64,000 nt of DNA from Candidatus Woesearchaeota archaeon (lineage in GTDB: Archaea; Nanobdellota; Nanobdellia; Woesearchaeales; WAPY01), in the NCBI GenBank assembly GCA_049700835.1, contig JBNAUL010000001.1:182043-246042 (forward strand), written 5' to 3'. The number at the start of each line of letters is the position of its first letter. Positions within the stretch are counted from its first letter, which is position 1. The notes below the pieces were generated by a model, which saw only the letters and a list, made by a program, of their open reading frames with translations, ran no database searches and was not told the DNA's origin. Positions 1 to 10,153 of the stretch are shown here, piece after piece. The translations under genes were made by a program, and so were the position numbers.

Positions 1-492
1 GGGCCAAAAACAGTATATGCTTCTGACTTGAAAACAACAGACCCAAAGATAAAACCAGTTTATCCAGAAACAATAATAGTCAAACTCTTAGAAGGGCAGG
101 AGTTAGAGCTCGAAGCAACAGCACAGCTTGGCAAGGGAAAAGAGCATACGAAGTGGTCTCCTGGGCACGCATATTATTCAAAAGTTGCAGATATAAAAAT
201 CAACAATGAAAAGATAAAGAATCCGAAGTTGTGCGCTGATAAATGCCCTAAAAAAATTTTCAAAGTTCAAAACGACAAACTACTTGTTGACGAGGAGAAA
301 ATCCTTGAATGCACTCTTTGCAAGGCCTGCGAGGAAGAATGTGAGGAAAATGCAATAAAAGTTGAAGAGAAAGAAGACGAATTTGTATTTTTTCTCGAAT
401 CGTGGGGACAGCTGTCTGCAAAGAGAATTGTAGAGGAAGCAACAGAGGAAATAAACAAAAAATTTGCACAATTCATAGAATGCTTAAAATAA
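1..492 (+). CDS. rpoD: RNA polymerase subunit D (Rpo3), 5'-truncated by window edge, with ferredoxin-like Fe-S domain
   Basis: Frame open from base 1 (GPKTVYASDL...). IVKLLEGQELELEA, GKGKEHTKW, CxxCP / CTLCKACEEEC and FFLESWGQL motifs. Lies upstream of rpl18e. Confidence 0.95.
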   Translation, partial: GPKTVYASDLKTTDPKIKPVYPETIIVKLLEGQELELEATAQLGKGKEHTKWSPGHAYYSKVADIKINNEKIKNPKLCADKCPKKIFKVQNDKLLVDEEKILECTLCKACEEECEENAIKVEEKEDEFVFFLESWGQLSAKRIVEEATEEINKKFAQFIECLK

Positions 493-494
493 GA

Positions 495-630
495 GCGGGG
501 GTAGCAAAGCCTGGTCAAATGCGCAAGGTTGAGGGCATTTTGCAAAAATGTTAAAAGCCTTGTCCCTAAGTGGGTTCCTGGGTTCAAAGAGTCAGGCAAA
601 AAGCCTGACTTGAAATTCCCAGCCCCCGCA
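495..630 (+). tRNA. tRNA-Leu(GAG) with two introns (535-556 at 37/38; 589-616 at 59/60)
   Basis: Acceptor stem GCGGGGG/CCCCCGC+A, anticodon stem CAAGG/CCTTG with GAG at 531-533, long variable arm, T stem CTGGG/CCCAG. Both insertions form bulge-helix-bulge motifs. Confidence 0.93.
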
Positions 631-672
631 TAACAGCATAGCAAGTACTTAGGATTTAAGAACAGATGAAAA

Positions 673-1041
673 ATGAAAACAAGAAAGACAGACGAGGACC
701 TGATAAGGACTATAAAGGACTTAAAACTCCTTTCCTATAAGACGAACAAGAACATTTGGAAGAGCATAGCTTCAATGCTTGAGAAACCTACAAGGAAAAA
801 GAGAATAGTTAATGTTTCAAGAATAAACAGGTTCTCAAAGGAAGGAGAAATAATAATAGTTCCTGGAAAGGTGCTGTCTTCAGGAAGTTTAAACCACAAG
901 ATTACGGTTGCGGCATTTTCATTTTCAAAGCAGGCAATTAAGAAGATAAACGAATCAGGCAGCAAGACAATGATGCTCAAGGACTTGATAAAAAATCAGG
1001 AACTAATAAGCAATACAAAAAACATAAGGATAATAGGTTAA
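673..1041 (+). CDS. rpl18e: 50S ribosomal protein L18e
   Basis: VNVSRINR, IVPGKVLSSG, VAAFSFS motifs; conserved operon position. Confidence 0.96.
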   Translation: MKTRKTDEDLIRTIKDLKLLSYKTNKNIWKSIASMLEKPTRKKRIVNVSRINRFSKEGEIIIVPGKVLSSGSLNHKITVAAFSFSKQAIKKINESGSKTMMLKDLIKNQELISNTKNIRIIG

Positions 1042-1042
1042 A

Positions 1043-1471
1043 ATGATAATAAACGCTGAGAATATGATTTTAGGAAGGCTTGCAAGTTATGTTGCAAAGA
1101 AACTCCTTTTAGGAGAAAGGGTTGAAATCATAAACTGCGAAAAGGCAGTTGTTTCAGGAAGCAAAGAATATGTGCTTGAAAAATACAGGACTAAATTCAG
1201 TAGGGGTTCTCCAAGAAAAGGACCATTCTTCTCAAGAAGGCCAGAAGCAATAGTAAAATCAACAATAAAAGGAATGTTACCTCACAAGCAGGAAAGGGGA
1301 ATTAAAGCATTAAAAAATCTTAAATGCTACTCAGGAATTCCAGAGAACATGAAAACAAACAATGTTGTTGATGCAAACAACTTGAAAAAATTCAGCATAG
1401 AAAAACTCTCAAACACGAAATTTGTAACACTAAAAGAACTTTCAAAATTATTAGGAAACATAGAGGTTTAA
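1043..1471 (+). CDS. rpl13: 50S ribosomal protein L13
   Basis: ILGRLASYVAK, GPFFSRRP, KGMLPHK motifs. Confidence 0.97.
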   Translation: MIINAENMILGRLASYVAKKLLLGERVEIINCEKAVVSGSKEYVLEKYRTKFSRGSPRKGPFFSRRPEAIVKSTIKGMLPHKQERGIKALKNLKCYSGIPENMKTNNVVDANNLKKFSIEKLSNTKFVTLKELSKLLGNIEV

Positions 1472-1498
1472 GGAAGCTTAAGAGGACAGGTGTAAATC

Positions 1499-1894
1499 AT
1501 GCAGGTAATTCAAACATCTGGAAAGAGAAAAACCGCAATTGCAAGGGCAAATTTAAAAGAGGGCAAAGGAATCATTAGAATAAACGGGGTTTTGGCAAAT
1601 CTGATAAGCCCAAAAATTGCGAATTTAAAGATTCAAGAGGCAATTCTACTTGCAGGAGATGTTGCCAAAAAGGTTGATGTTGAGATAAGAGTTAAAGGCG
1701 GAGGAGTTATAAGCAGGGCAGAAGCAGCAAGGACAGCATTATCAAAAGCACTCGTAGAATTTGAGCCCTCGCTAAAAGAAAAATTTTTGGCATACGACAG
1801 AATATTCCTTGTTTCAGATGTAAGGAGAAAGGAGACAAAAAAGCCAGGAACTCATGGAAGGGCCCGCGCAAAAAGGCAAAAATCATACAGGTGA
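1499..1894 (+). CDS. rps9: 30S ribosomal protein S9
   Basis: [26 protein letters not shown]-terminus. Confidence 0.97.
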   Translation: MQVIQTSGKRKTAIARANLKEGKGIIRINGVLANLISPKIANLKIQEAILLAGDVAKKVDVEIRVKGGGVISRAEAARTALSKALVEFEPSLKEKFLAYDRIFLVSDVRRKETKKPGTHGRARAKRQKSYR

Positions 1895-1898
1895 AATC

Positions 1899-2093
1899 AT
1901 GATAATACCAATAAGGTGTTTCAGCTGTGGAAAACCAATAGCTCATCTTTGGGAAGAATTCACAAAAAGAGTAAAGGCAGGAGAAGACAAGAAAAAGGTT
2001 CTTGATGATTTAGGGCTTGAGAGATATTGCTGTAGGGCAATGTTCTTAGGACATGTTGATTTAATAGATGAGATTGCAAAATTCAAGAAATAA
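1899..2093 (+). CDS. rpoN: RNA polymerase subunit N (Rpo10)
   Basis: [12 protein letters not shown]...RYCCRAM. ATG at 1899 follows a GGTGA Shine-Dalgarno. Confidence 0.97.
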   Translation: MIIPIRCFSCGKPIAHLWEEFTKRVKAGEDKKKVLDDLGLERYCCRAMFLGHVDLIDEIAKFKK

Positions 2094-2237
2094 ATATGCA
2101 ATCATTATTCAACAAATAAGAATTAAATTTTAATCAAATTTCAATTTAAATAGTTTAAATTTAAGTTCTTGAACAGGAATTATTATGATAAATTAAATGA
2201 GATTAGGTTGAACTTTGGTTTTCAGAAATTTTTTTAT

Positions 2238-2759
2238 TTATTTTATAGGTTCAATGAAGTCCCACTGATAGTTAATCCAAACATCAGGAACCATCTTTAC
2301 ATAATGAAGTTCAACATCATCAGGCAGCTTTCCAATCTTTTCTTTTTCCTTGGAATGCATAACAAGAATTTTAAGCTCTTTGATTTCGAAACCTAATAAA
2401 TAATTTGATGCTTTTTCAAGAGTTTTTCTTGTATCATCTACTTCATCAACTAACAGGATCTTTTTATTTTTAATGCTGTTTTTAACAATTTCGTCTAAAC
2501 CTTGAGTTATCCTTGGTTCTGGAAGCAAGTTGTTTTTTGAATCATAATTAGATATTCCAATTACATAGATAGGAATTTCTTTGTTAGAGTATTCTTTAAA
2601 AAAGGTTTTTGCCAACCTTACAGGCATCAAACCACCGCTGCTAATCCCAACCAAGAAATCAGGAACATAACTCTTGCTTAATTCTTCACAACCCTTTCTT
2701 ACTAATTCATGTATTTCATAATAAGAAATCCAAATTTTTGTCAGTTCTTTTTCAATCAT
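2238..2759 (-). CDS. Type I phosphoribosyltransferase, probably purine (hypoxanthine/xanthine/guanine) salvage
   Basis: GISSGG loop and ILLVDEVDDTRKTL PRPP-binding motif; WINYQW; adjacent to guaA remnant. Confidence 0.85.
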   Translation of the reverse strand: MIEKELTKIWISYYEIHELVRKGCEELSKSYVPDFLVGISSGGLMPVRLAKTFFKEYSNKEIPIYVIGISNYDSKNNLLPEPRITQGLDEIVKNSIKNKKILLVDEVDDTRKTLEKASNYLLGFEIKELKILVMHSKEKEKIGKLPDDVELHYVKMVPDVWINYQWDFIEPIK

Positions 2760-2820
2760 AAATAAACCTTAACATGCAGATTAATAAATTTTTCTGTGAT
2801 TAATCAGATAATTTAACAAA

Positions 2821-4383
2821 TTATTCTCATTCAATAGTTGATGGAGGCTTGTTAGAGATATCATAAACAACTCTATTAACACCTTTTATATCGCTCGTTA
2901 TTCTTGAAGAAATCTTTTCTAAAACTTCATAAGGAATCCTTGAAAAATTCGCAGTCATGGCATCCTTTGATTCTACAATTCTCACGCAAACAACATAGCC
3001 GTAATCTATAGAGTCTCCTTTTATCCTAACAGATTTAATAGGAAGCAAAACAGCAAACCCCATCCAAACCTTGTCATAAAAACCTGATTTTTTGAGTTCT
3101 TCTTGAACAATATAATCTGCTTTTTTAACAATGTTAATTTTCTCTTTGTTTATTTTGCCTATAATCCTTATTGCAAGTCCTGGGCCAGGAAACACATGCC
3201 GATCTATGATCTCTCTGCTCAAACCGAGCTCTTCAGCAAGCTTTCTGACTTCGTCTTTGTAGAGATTCCTCAAAGGCTCATAAATCTTGAGTTTGATGTT
3301 CTTTGGCAAGGCTCCAACATTGTGATGGGATTTTATTATTGAAGAATTTTTTGTAAGTCCACTCTCAATTCTATCAGAATATATTGTTCCTTGTATCAAA
3401 AATTCAGCTTTTTCATTTAAAGCAATTTCCTCAAAAATCTTTATAAACAATCTTCCAATAATCTTTCTCTTTTTTTCAGGGCTACTTACGCCATTTAGGG
3501 CTTTTAAAAACCTCTTTTTTGCATCTACCATTCTCAAGTTTAAGTTATATTTTGAGAATTCCTTTAAAACGAATTCTTTATCACCTTTTCTCATAAGATC
3601 TGTGTCAACATAAACAGCAACCAAGTTTTTTCCAATGACATTATTGACCATTACTGCTGCTGTTGAAGAATCAACTCCGCCTGACAGACCAACAATCGCT
3701 TTTTTATTGCTTAACACAGATTCAATTTCCTTGTAAATTTTTTCCTTAATGTTAAAATTAACATTAAACTTATGCGAAATCTTCTTTACCTTACATATTT
3801 TGAACAAAAAATTATTTAGCATCTTAAAACCTTTTCTGTATGAATGACTTCAGGATGGAATTGCACTCCATAAACATTCTTTTTTCTGTTTTCAAAACCC
3901 GCTATTAAGGAATTTTCTGTCAGAGCCGTAATTTTATAATCCTTGGGTAGTTTGCAAACAAAATCCTTATGATTCATCCAAACCATAAATTCATTAGGTT
4001 TAATTCCAAAAAACAATTTGCTCTTATTTATTGTTTTTAATTTGCAAGAACCGTATTCGCCAATAACGCCTTTTTTTAACTGTTCCTCCTTCTAAAAAAC
4101 ATATCAGTTGAAAGCCGTAGCAAATTCCAAGAATTGGTATTCCAAGATTAAAGATTTTCTTTGAAATCTTTGGAGAGTCCTTGTCATAAACTGATTTAGA
4201 ACTTCCAGACAAGATAATCCCTGCAACATTCTTTTTGTTGATTTTATTGAAATCATCAGGATAAACAACCTCAGGACAAACTCCAAGCTCAGCAATTCTC
4301 CCGCAGATCAAGTGAGTGTACTGCCCTCCAAAATCAACAACCAAAACTTTATTATTTTTGGAATTCTAATTTTTATTTGTCAT
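2821..4383 (-). pseudogene. guaA: GMP synthase (fused GATase + ATP-PPase), disrupted
   Basis: VVDFGGQY, GICYG, GVQFHPE, SGGVDSS, IKSHHNV and KPPSTIE motifs spread over three ORFs. In-frame TAG at 4366-4368, +1 frameshift in A7 run (4071-4077), -1 frameshift in A4 run (3832-3835), TGA at 2827-2829 replacing Trp of TIEWE. Confidence 0.9.
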
Positions 4384-4581
4384 TAAATTCATTAATACAA
4401 AATCATTTTAAAATTTTTTGATTAAACTTTAAAATTAGCAATTGAAAAGCAAAGATAAAAAACTTAATAAAAAATAAAAAATTTAAATACGTAACCAACT
4501 TACACAAGAATATCAATTTTATAATGCACGCCAATGTACAGAATTGTTTCAACAGGAAATAAAAATCATTAAGGTGGTTTT

Positions 4582-7500
4582 ATGGATTCAAAGGAAATCT
4601 CAGAAAAAAGAATTGACTTTAGGGAAATAGCAAAGAAGTGGCAGAAGAGATGGGCTGAAGAAAGGATATTTCAGGTAAAGGAAGACCCTAAAAAGAGAAA
4701 GTTCTATTGCCTTGAGATGTATCCTTATCCTTCTGGAAAACTCCACATGGGACATGTAAGAAACTACACGATCGGGGACTGCTATGCAAGATTCAAGAGA
4801 ATGCAGGGCTTCAATGTTTTGTATCCTATGGGCTATGATGCATTCGGGCTTCCTGCTGAGAATGCTGCAATAAAGAACAACACAAATCCCAAAGTTTGGA
4901 CTGAAAACTGCATTGCTATGATGAAAGAACAGCAAAAGGAATTAGGTTTCAGCTATGATTGGAGCAGAGAAGTAGCAACTTATAAGCCAGAATACTACAA
5001 ATGGAACCAATGGATTTTCATAAAATTCTACGAGAATGGGCTTGTTTACAGGAAAAAATCCCCTGTCAATTGGTGTCCTAAATGCGGCACTGTTTTGGCT
5101 AACGAGCAGGTGATACACACAAAATGCTGGCGTTGCGGTTCTAAGGTTGAAATAAGGCAGATAGAACAATGGTTTTTAAAAATAACTGCATATGCTGACG
5201 AGCTTCTTGATGATTTGGAAAAACTTGACTGGCCTGAAAAGGTTAAGATCATGCAGAGAAACTGGATTGGAAAGAGCGAGGGAACTTTGGTCAAATTTAA
5301 AATAGAAGGTTTGGACAAGGATGTTGAAGTTTTCACAACAAGGCCAGATACTATTTTTGGAGCAACATTTTTGGTGATTGCTCCTGAACACCCTCTTGTT
5401 GAAGAACTTGTCATGGGAACAAGATATGAAAAGGAAGTTTCAGAATTCGCAAGAAAAGTCATGCTTGAAGAAAAGACAGAAAGGGCAGCAGATGAAAAGG
5501 AAAAAGAAGGGCTGTTTATTGGGAGATACGCAATAAATCCAATGACAAAAGAAAAAATTCCAATATATGCTGCAAATTTTGTTCTAATGGATTATGGGAC
5601 AGGAATAATAATGGGGGTGCCTGCCCACGATCAGAGGGATTTTGATTTTGCAAAGAAATACAACCTAAAAATAAAGAGCGTTATAAGAGAAAACCTGCTT
5701 GGAGTAATTCCAACAGTTAACAAAGAAATAGAAAAAGAGTTTGATAAACTAAAAATAAATTATTATTTAAACAACAATTGTTATTATGTAAAATCAGACA
5801 AGGAAAAAAGAGACGCTATTTTTGAGATTGCAAAAAAATACATAAGCAATAATTCTTATGCTGATTTTTTTGTTGAGAACAAGGTTTTTGCTGTTTTTAA
5901 AAATAGAGTTTTTGACTTGGATGCAGAATTAGAGGAAACGCAAAAACAAGTAAGCAAATTAAAAGTGCAAAAAGAATTTTCTGATTTGAAAAAAATCAAA
6001 AAAGAATGGCCAAAGTTCTCTGAGGAAGAAATTTGGGATTTTGAATTAAAAACAGCTTATTCAGGAGAAGGAACACTGATAAATTCAGGAGAGTTCTCTG
6101 GAATGAACAGCAGGGAAGCGATTGAAAAGATAACCAATTATTTTGAAAAGAACAGAATTGGAAAGAAAACAGTGAACTACAAGCTTAGGGATTGGTTGAT
6201 AAGCAGGCAAAGATACTGGGGAACTCCTATTCCTTTTGTTTACTGCAAAGAACATGGTTACCAACCAGTTCCGTATGAAGAACTACCTGTTCTGTTGCCA
6301 GGGGATGTTGTTTTTACAGGGAATGGAAATCCTATTGAAACATCAAAAACATTCGTTAAGGGGCGATGCCCTGTTTGCGGAAAAGAAGCAAGGAGGGAAA
6401 CAGACACGATGGACACCTTTGTAGATTCTTCATGGTATTTCTTAAGGTACTGTGATCCTGAAAATGCAAAACTTCCATTCAGCAAGGAGAAGGTTGGTTA
6501 TTGGATGCCTGTTGATCAGTACATTGGAGGAATAGAGCACGCAATTCTTCATCTCTTGTACTCAAGATTTTTTACAAAGGCTTTGCGGGATTTGGGATTA
6601 ATTGATGTTGATGAGCCGTTCAAGAAATTGCTTACTCAGGGAATGGTTTTGAAAAACGGAGAAGTAATGTCAAAATCAAAGGGCAATGTGGTTGATCCAG
6701 GAGAAATAATAGAAAAGTACGGTCCGGACACTGCAAGGATGTTCATGCTATTAGCAGCATCTCCTGAAAAAGAACTTGAATGGAGCGACGAAGGGGTTGA
6801 CAATGTTTACAAGTTCCTCAAAAAGTATGTTTTGTTCGCAATTGAAAACAAAGAAACATTTAGTTCTATAATAAAGAAAAAATCAATCAAAAAATTGAGT
6901 AATAAGGAAAGATACATACTTTCAAAAACAAACAATTTAATAAAGGAAGTTACAGAATTGATTGAACGCTTTGAGTTGAACATTGCGTTGCAAAAAATCA
7001 TTTCATTGTTTGATGAGTTAGTTAAAAACAAAGAGGAGATAAGCAAAGAAGTTTTGGCAGAAGCGCTTGAGAACATAACAATGCTCTTGTCTCCTTTTGC
7101 ACCCCATGTTTGCGAGGAGGTTTGGAGTTTGCTTTCAAAGAAAGCATTGTTGAGCATTCAAAAATGGCCTGTTCCAAAAGAGAATCTCATTGACCCAAAG
7201 ATAGAGGAGCTTTACGAACTGGTTGAAAAAATAAAATATGATCTAAAACAGGTTTTAGAGCTGGCTAAAAAGAAGAATTTAAACATAAAGATCGCAAGGA
7301 TGATAGTTGCTGATGAATGGAAGCACGAACTTTTTGATGAATTGAGGGAAATTTTGAAAAGAACAAGAAACATTTCAGAAATAATAAAAGAAATTAACAA
7401 GAACAATAAATTGTTAGGAAATGCCAAGGATGCAAAAGAAATCGTTGGAATAATAGAAAAGGTGCTTAGGAATCCGCAGTTGTTGTTGAAAAACAGAATA

Positions 7501-7653
7501 TTGCAAATGGAAGAACTAGAAATTTTAGAACAAGAAAAGAAGAATTTTGAAGAACAATTTAGTTTGAAAATAGTGATTGAAAAAGAGCATAATTCTACAC
7601 ATGAAAAAGCAAAACAGGCGCTTCCTGGAAAGCCGTCCATAATTTTAGAATAA
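4582..7653 (+). CDS. leuS: Leucine--tRNA ligase, bacterial-type core
   Basis: [35 protein letters not shown] editing motif, [26 protein letters not shown]. Confidence 0.97.
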   Translation: MDSKEISEKRIDFREIAKKWQKRWAEERIFQVKEDPKKRKFYCLEMYPYPSGKLHMGHVRNYTIGDCYARFKRMQGFNVLYPMGYDAFGLPAENAAIKNNTNPKVWTENCIAMMKEQQKELGFSYDWSREVATYKPEYYKWNQWIFIKFYENGLVYRKKSPVNWCPKCGTVLANEQVIHTKCWRCGSKVEIRQIEQWFLKITAYADELLDDLEKLDWPEKVKIMQRNWIGKSEGTLVKFKIEGLDKDVEVFTTRPDTIFGATFLVIAPEHPLVEELVMGTRYEKEVSEFARKVMLEEKTERAADEKEKEGLFIGRYAINPMTKEKIPIYAANFVLMDYGTGIIMGVPAHDQRDFDFAKKYNLKIKSVIRENLLGVIPTVNKEIEKEFDKLKINYYLNNNCYYVKSDKEKRDAIFEIAKKYISNNSYADFFVENKVFAVFKNRVFDLDAELEETQKQVSKLKVQKEFSDLKKIKKEWPKFSEEEIWDFELKTAYSGEGTLINSGEFSGMNSREAIEKITNYFEKNRIGKKTVNYKLRDWLISRQRYWGTPIPFVYCKEHGYQPVPYEELPVLLPGDVVFTGNGNPIETSKTFVKGRCPVCGKEARRETDTMDTFVDSSWYFLRYCDPENAKLPFSKEKVGYWMPVDQYIGGIEHAILHLLYSRFFTKALRDLGLIDVDEPFKKLLTQGMVLKNGEVMSKSKGNVVDPGEIIEKYGPDTARMFMLLAASPEKELEWSDEGVDNVYKFLKKYVLFAIENKETFSSIIKKKSIKKLSNKERYILSKTNNLIKEVTELIERFELNIALQKIISLFDELVKNKEEISKEVLAEALENITMLLSPFAPHVCEEVWSLLSKKALLSIQKWPVPKENLIDPKIEELYELVEKIKYDLKQVLELAKKKNLNIKIARMIVADEWKHELFDELREILKRTRNISEIIKEINKNNKLLGNAKDAKEIVGIIEKVLRNPQLLLKNRILQMEELEILEQEKKNFEEQFSLKIVIEKEHNSTHEKAKQALPGKPSIILE

Positions 7654-7662
7654 GGTTCTAAA

Positions 7663-8472
7663 ATGGGAAAAATTTTAAGCATTGAAGAAAAAGAAAAACT
7701 ATTTCAAAGAACATTGATTGTCTATCTTGAAGGGTTCAGGAAAGAAAGCATAGAAATAAAAAAGACAATTGAAAGAAAATTTAAAACAAGGGTTCATTCT
7801 GTTTGCAGGAAGTTTTTGAAGAGATTTTTTTGCAATGAAAAAATCTGCAAGAATTATTCTCTTATAATCTCTTTTGGAGGAGATGGAACTTTTCTAAGAA
7901 CAGCGCATTTTGTCAACAAAACTCCTCTGTTGGGAATAAATGCTTCAAACAAAAAGAAAGAGGGATTTCTTACAACAACGAGCAGGCAGAAATTTAGCAA
8001 TGACCTTAAAAATGAAATCTTTTTTGAAGAATTACAAAGAATAAAAATAATTATCAATGGCAAAGAAATTCCTGACAAGGCAATCAACGATGTTTTTATT
8101 GGACACAAGAAGAGCTATAAATCAGCAAAATACGAGTTGATTTTGAAGGAAAAGGGAATAAGAGAAAAACATCTTTCCTCAGGAATAATAATCTCAACAG
8201 AAATAGGAACAAATGCTTGGTACAAATCTGTAGGAGGAGTTCCGCAAACCAACAAGGATAATCTCTACTATATTGTAAGAGAACCTTACAGAGGAAGAAT
8301 TTACAAATCAAAACACTTGAAAGGAAATTCAAGAGAAATAAGGATAAAGGCTTTGAAAAATTTGATTCTTGTTGTTGACTCTTTAAGCAGGGAATACATT
8401 CTAAAGAAGAACGATACAGCAGTCCTAAGATTTGACAGGAACAATATTAAAAGAATAAATTTCAAGAGATAA
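7663..8472 (+). CDS. nadK: NAD kinase family protein
   Basis: GGDGTFL, AINDV, SSGIIISTEIGTNAW motifs. Confidence 0.88.
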   Translation: MGKILSIEEKEKLFQRTLIVYLEGFRKESIEIKKTIERKFKTRVHSVCRKFLKRFFCNEKICKNYSLIISFGGDGTFLRTAHFVNKTPLLGINASNKKKEGFLTTTSRQKFSNDLKNEIFFEELQRIKIIINGKEIPDKAINDVFIGHKKSYKSAKYELILKEKGIREKHLSSGIIISTEIGTNAWYKSVGGVPQTNKDNLYYIVREPYRGRIYKSKHLKGNSREIRIKALKNLILVVDSLSREYILKKNDTAVLRFDRNNIKRINFKR

Positions 8473-8515
8473 AATATTTGAATGTTATTAGTGAATATTT
8501 AAAAAATATTAAAAA

Positions 8516-8783
8516 GGCAGGCGCTATGGTTTGAATTTAAAACCACAATAGGTTTAACCCTAAAGATTACTCAATCCTGTTAGTCCGCAGACACCCTTCT
8601 TGTTGATTATGGCTGCTTCCTTCCGGACCTAACCAGGTTCTCAACAAAAAGAGTCCTGCGGGACAAGATTTCACAGTTTAACTTTAGGACCAATTGTGGC
8701 ATTAAACCCGCACCATAGCTTTAGCCCCGCCATGAAGCCCATTTGCGGTCACAGGGAAGGGCTAACTCCCCGGCGTGCCTGCC
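8516..8783 (-). ncRNA. ffs: Signal recognition particle RNA (~268 nt)
   Basis: Minus strand has helix-8 signature GGTTAGGTCCGGAAGGAAGCAGCC (within 8610-8635), terminal helix GGCAGGC/GCCTGCC, GC-rich Alu-like 5' region and long helix 5. Confidence 0.93.
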
Positions 8784-8876
8784 AAATAGGAGAAACACAA
8801 CTGTCTTTTAAATCTTTTTGTAACAATAAAAAAAGACTTAAAAATAATGTATTTTATTATTTTTCAAATAACAAAA

Positions 8877-9503
8877 ATGAAGCAAAAAGACAAAAGAACA
8901 AGGAAAAAGGTAGGAGTTGATCTTGACGACATATTGTTTCCATTCAACAAACACTTCTTGATTTACAGAAACAAAAAACACAACACAAACTACACTGAAA
9001 AGGTCTTTAGAATGAGCACAGAAGATATTATGAAAGAGATGGACGATTTTTACAAGACAAGAGAGTATGAGCAGATAGAACCTGTTGAGGACGCTTTTAA
9101 AGCCCTGAGCGAGATAAAGAAGACGCACGATTTAGCCATAGTAACTGCCCGTCCAGAATACCTTGTTGAAAAAACCAACAGATGGCTGAACAAGTATTTC
9201 AAGAACATCTTTTCAGAGGTCATTTTCACAAACCAACAATCCTTATTGAATAAGAAGAGAAGCAAGGCAGAAGTTTGCATTGAAAAGAGTATTGAAATAT
9301 TAATAGAGGACAATTTTGAGTATGTCATTGACTGCGCTCAGAAAGGAATAAGAGTTCTGCTTTTTAACAAACCGTGGAATATAAATTTCAGCGCTCCAAA
9401 AGAATATAAAGAGTTTATAGTAAAGATTGATGGTTGGAACGATGTTTTAAGAGTTTATAAAAGCACAGACAAGTTTTCAAATTTTGAGAAGCTCAAGAGG
9501 TAG
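8877..9503 (+). CDS. HAD-superfamily 5'(3')-nucleotidase-like protein (NT5C type)
   Basis: GVDLDDIL, IVTARP, K...LIEDN, LFNKPWN motifs. Confidence 0.85.
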   Translation: MKQKDKRTRKKVGVDLDDILFPFNKHFLIYRNKKHNTNYTEKVFRMSTEDIMKEMDDFYKTREYEQIEPVEDAFKALSEIKKTHDLAIVTARPEYLVEKTNRWLNKYFKNIFSEVIFTNQQSLLNKKRSKAEVCIEKSIEILIEDNFEYVIDCAQKGIRVLLFNKPWNINFSAPKEYKEFIVKIDGWNDVLRVYKSTDKFSNFEKLKR

Positions 9504-9544
9504 AGAGAATAAATACAATCTTTAAATATAATCTGATTTATTTT

Positions 9545-10135
9545 TTATTTTGTCATTTTGGCAATGTCAATTGTAAGGTCCTCAAGTTTTTTCAAAGCGT
9601 ACTTTATTGAATCAAACTTACCTCTAAGTTCTCCGCTTCTAAAATCAAAGAGCATCAACTCATTGTAGATCATCTCAACAACATCCTTCACTTCAAGAAC
9701 TTTGTCAAAATCCTTTTTCAGAAAATTATTTACGGCAAATCTGACAAGCTCTCCTGTGAAATCGCAAATTCCAAGAAGGTAGCTTTCAACATCAACAAAG
9801 AGTTCGTTCTGCTTTGGTATTTTTTTGTTTTTTGCAAATTCATAAAAGCACAACGCCTCAACATATTCTTGAAAAGCATTTCTTAGATAACCAACATCGC
9901 TTATCCTGCTTTTTGTTTTTTTCAAAAGCTCCTTTACGCTCTTTTTTATCTCTTCAACGCTCTTTGAAGCAGCAGAGAAATCGTTCCTGTGAACAGAGTA
10001 TATTATCTTCTTTGATTCCTTTACTATCTCCCTGCTTTCAATTATTAAACTATCCCTTAACTTGTCCTCTCTTTCATATTCCTTTCTCAAAAGAGTGAAA
10101 TTATTTTTTATTTCATTAAAATTCATGCCAACCAA
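9545..10135 (-). CDS. Translin/TRAX (C3PO-like) family protein
   Basis: SKKIIYSVHR, QEYVEA, YLLGICDFTGELVR, LRGKFDSIKY motifs. Confidence 0.9.
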   Translation of the reverse strand: MVGMNFNEIKNNFTLLRKEYEREDKLRDSLIIESREIVKESKKIIYSVHRNDFSAASKSVEEIKKSVKELLKKTKSRISDVGYLRNAFQEYVEALCFYEFAKNKKIPKQNELFVDVESYLLGICDFTGELVRFAVNNFLKKDFDKVLEVKDVVEMIYNELMLFDFRSGELRGKFDSIKYALKKLEDLTIDIAKMTK

Positions 10136-10153
10136 CTCCTAATCAAGACCCAA

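Noticed and set aside
2821..2829. TGA at the conserved Trp of guaA TIEWE, suggesting UGA recoding
   Set aside because: TGA ends intact genes here (rps9, PINA, MEMO1), Trp is TGG elsewhere, and the same gene has three other lesions, so this is a nonsense mutation
3816..4344. Programmed frameshifting or phase variation in guaA
   Set aside because: The runs are short (A7, A4) and accompanied by two stops and motif decay; a pseudogene is simpler
5690..6054. Intein in LeuRS
   Set aside because: No N-terminal Cys/Ser block, no His-Asn terminus and no LAGLIDADG motif
8696..8920. 74-aa ORF in the track
   Set aside because: It is antisense to the SRP RNA and has atypical composition
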